In this document: piece by piece, positions 61,901 to 64,000 of the stretch
How positions within the stretch are numbered: position 1 is the first letter of the stretch
Layout: each line of letters starts with the position of its first letter
DNA from: Octopus sinensis
Lineage: Eukaryota
Reading direction: 5' to 3'
Assembly (NCBI RefSeq): GCF_006345805.1
Contig: NC_043005.1
Span: forward strand, 43,524,001-43,588,000
DNA: 64,000 nucleotides
Made by a program: the position numbers and the translations under genes
The notes under the pieces: model-generated
Told to the model about the DNA's origin: nothing
The model's input: only the letters and a program-made list of their open reading frames with translations
Databases searched by the model: none

Positions 61901-61940
<40 letters not shown>

Positions 61941-62199
61941 CTTGTTTCCATTATTTGATTGCTACCTTGATGAAGCACCACCCGAAAGAATTTTTAGTTG
62001 AAAAACATCGACCCCAGTGCTTATTTTTATCTTTTTTTAAAGCCTGGTACTTATTCTATCATGACCTTTTGATGAACTGCTAAGTTATGGGGATGTAAAC
62101 ACACCAACGCCAATTGTCAATTGGCAGATGGGGAAGGGGGCCAAACACAGACACAAAGACACATACACATAGATATACACACACACAAACACATATATA

Positions 62200-62350
62200 C
62201 ATACGACGGTCTTCTTTCAGCTTCCGTCTACCAAATCCACTCACAAGGCTTTGGTCAGCCCAAGGCTATAGTAGAAGACACTTTCCCAAGGTACCATGCA
62301 GTAGGACTGAACCTGGAACCATGTGGTTGGGAAGCAACCTTTTTACCTCA
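62200..62350 (-). mobile_element. CORE-type SINE
   Basis: Same family as 817-950. Confidence 0.75.
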
Positions 62351-62504
62351 CATCTACATTATGTTCAAAGAATTTTTGAATTAGTGATTGAAGATGTATA
62401 TGTGGGGAAAATTACAAGAAAGAATGTCTCCAGTAAAAGCTTTCAGATGGTAATACGAGGATCAACAAAAGACAACATATAAATGTTAATATTGATGTAT
62501 TCTA

Positions 62505-62765
62505 AGGCGCCGAGCTGGCAGAACCATTATTTAGGGCGGCGAGCTGGCAGAAACGTTAGCACGTCGGGCGAAATGCTTAGCAGTATTTAGTCTGCTGCTA
62601 CGTTCTGAGTTCAAATTCCGCCGAGGTCGACTTTGCCTTCATTCTTTCGGGGTCAATTAAATAAGTACCAGTTACGCACTGGGGTCGATATAATCGACAT
62701 AATCCGTTTGTCTGTCCTTGTTTGTCCCCTCTATGTTTAGCCCCTTGTGGGCAATAAAGAAATAA
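62505..62765 (+). mobile_element. Deu/Nin-like SINE, close to consensus, with a duplicated head
   Basis: GGCGCCGAGCTGGCAGAA then GGCGGCGAGCTGGCAGAAACGTTAGC...TTTAGCCCCTTGTGGGCAATAAAGAAATAAG. Confidence 0.88.
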
Positions 62766-63234
62766 GAACCATTATTTCATCCAACTCTATGTCTTGAGTT
62801 TAAACACCACCAGGGTTGTCTTTGCTTTTCACTCCTTTGGGTCAATAAAATGAGTACCAGTTGAGAACTGGGGCTAATGTAATCAACTTACCCTTTCGTC
62901 CGAAATTACTGGCCTTGAAATCAATACTGAAACATCCTTGCGCTTTGTTGAAGCAGCTAAATGTACACACTGATTGAGAAAATTCCATGCTGGGAGCAAC
63001 TTCTTTGAAAGTATCCATAAATTGGACTTTTAGAAAGAAAGGTGATAGTAGGAACGACCTCAGGTTGACAGCAAGGTCTCTTAGATCCAGTTGCACTCTA
63101 AGTTTATTTTAGGTTAAAATTAGGCATCATACAAACGTATGGAATCGAATTCTCAACACCGAGAGACGTCCATGGTTATGATGGTGATGATAACTTCCTT
63201 GTATTGCCCATGATCTTTTCTCTTCCTATTGCTT

Positions 63235-63935
63235 GGAGGCAGAAGGGGAGGGAAAGGGGTGGAGAAGGAAGGTGGGGAGGAGGAAGAGGAAATTAGAGAT
63301 AGGTGGAGGTGGAGGAGGGAGAAGAGGTAGAGGAAGAAGAGACAGAGGAGGAAGAGGTGGAGAAGGATGAGAAAAAGGTAGAGGAAGAGGTGAAGGAAGA
63401 AGAGGAGAAGGAGAGGAAGGAGAGGAAGAGGAGGAGGTAGAGTGGAGGAGGAGGTGAGGGGAGGAGAAAGAGGTGGAGGAGGAAGGAGAGGTGGAGAAGG
63501 AGAGAGTGGGGAGGAAGAGGGGAGGAGAAAGAGGTGAATGATGAAGGAGTGGTGGAGAAAGAGGAAGAAGAAAGAGAGGTGGAGGAGGAGGAAGAAGAGG
63601 TGGAAGTGGAGGTGGAGGAGGAAGAGGGAGAGGTTGAGAAGGGGGATGTAGAGGTGGAGGAGGAGGGGAGGTCGTGGAAGAGGTGGAGTAGGAAGAAAAG
63701 GAAGAGGAGGAGAGGAAGAGGCAGAAGAGGTAGGGAGGAAGGAGAGGAGGAGGGGAAGAGGCGGAGGGGAAGAGGCGGAGGAGGAGGCAGAAGAGGTGGA
63801 GGAGGAAGAAGAAGAACAAGAGGTGGAGGAAGAGGAGAAAGAAGTGGAGGCGGCAAGAGAGGAGGGGAGGAGGTGGAAGTGGGGTGGAGAGGTGGAAGAA
63901 GAAGAAGAAGAAGAAGAAGAAGAAGACGAAGAAGA
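63235..63935 (+). repeat. ~700-bp polypurine (GGA/GAA) low-complexity tract
   Basis: Almost exclusively G/A on the plus strand. Confidence 0.9.
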
Positions 63936-64000
63936 TATACTTTATATATTATTTTATACGGCTATACTTGAAACCAACTGGTTTAGAAACAAAGCATTAA

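Noticed and set aside
63226-63971. Pro/Ser/Leu-rich and Glu/Arg/Gly-rich ORFs
   Set aside because: They are translations of the polypurine tract.

Overview
AT-rich, microsatellite-dense eukaryotic intronic/intergenic DNA. The SINE, RTE and Penelope repertoire and the (TA)n/(CATA)n load point to an Octopus (coleoid cephalopod) genome; this is an inference. No complete host gene is recognisable. The window is mostly a transposon graveyard: a near full-length, frameshifted, 3'-truncated Tx1/L1-type LINE (33.9-39.1 kb, minus), a Penelope-like element with an inverted terminal repeat (58.2-61.9 kb), CR1-like and RTE LINE remnants, many tRNA-derived SINEs, and mariner, Tigger/pogo, hAT, piggyBac and foldback DNA elements. 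A few short, phase-compatible candidate exons lie on both strands (low confidence). The most unusual features are: (1) several fold-back palindromes, including a ~1.2 kb one with ~470 bp arms built around a self-complementary AAAATTTT satellite that recurs at 25.1-26.3 kb; (2) several degenerate minimal hammerhead-ribozyme motifs of the Penelope type, two of which show a compensatory stem change; (3) a covarying 3' stem-loop shared by LINE and SINE tails. Coordinates of degenerate repeats are approximate, and identities were estimated by eye.
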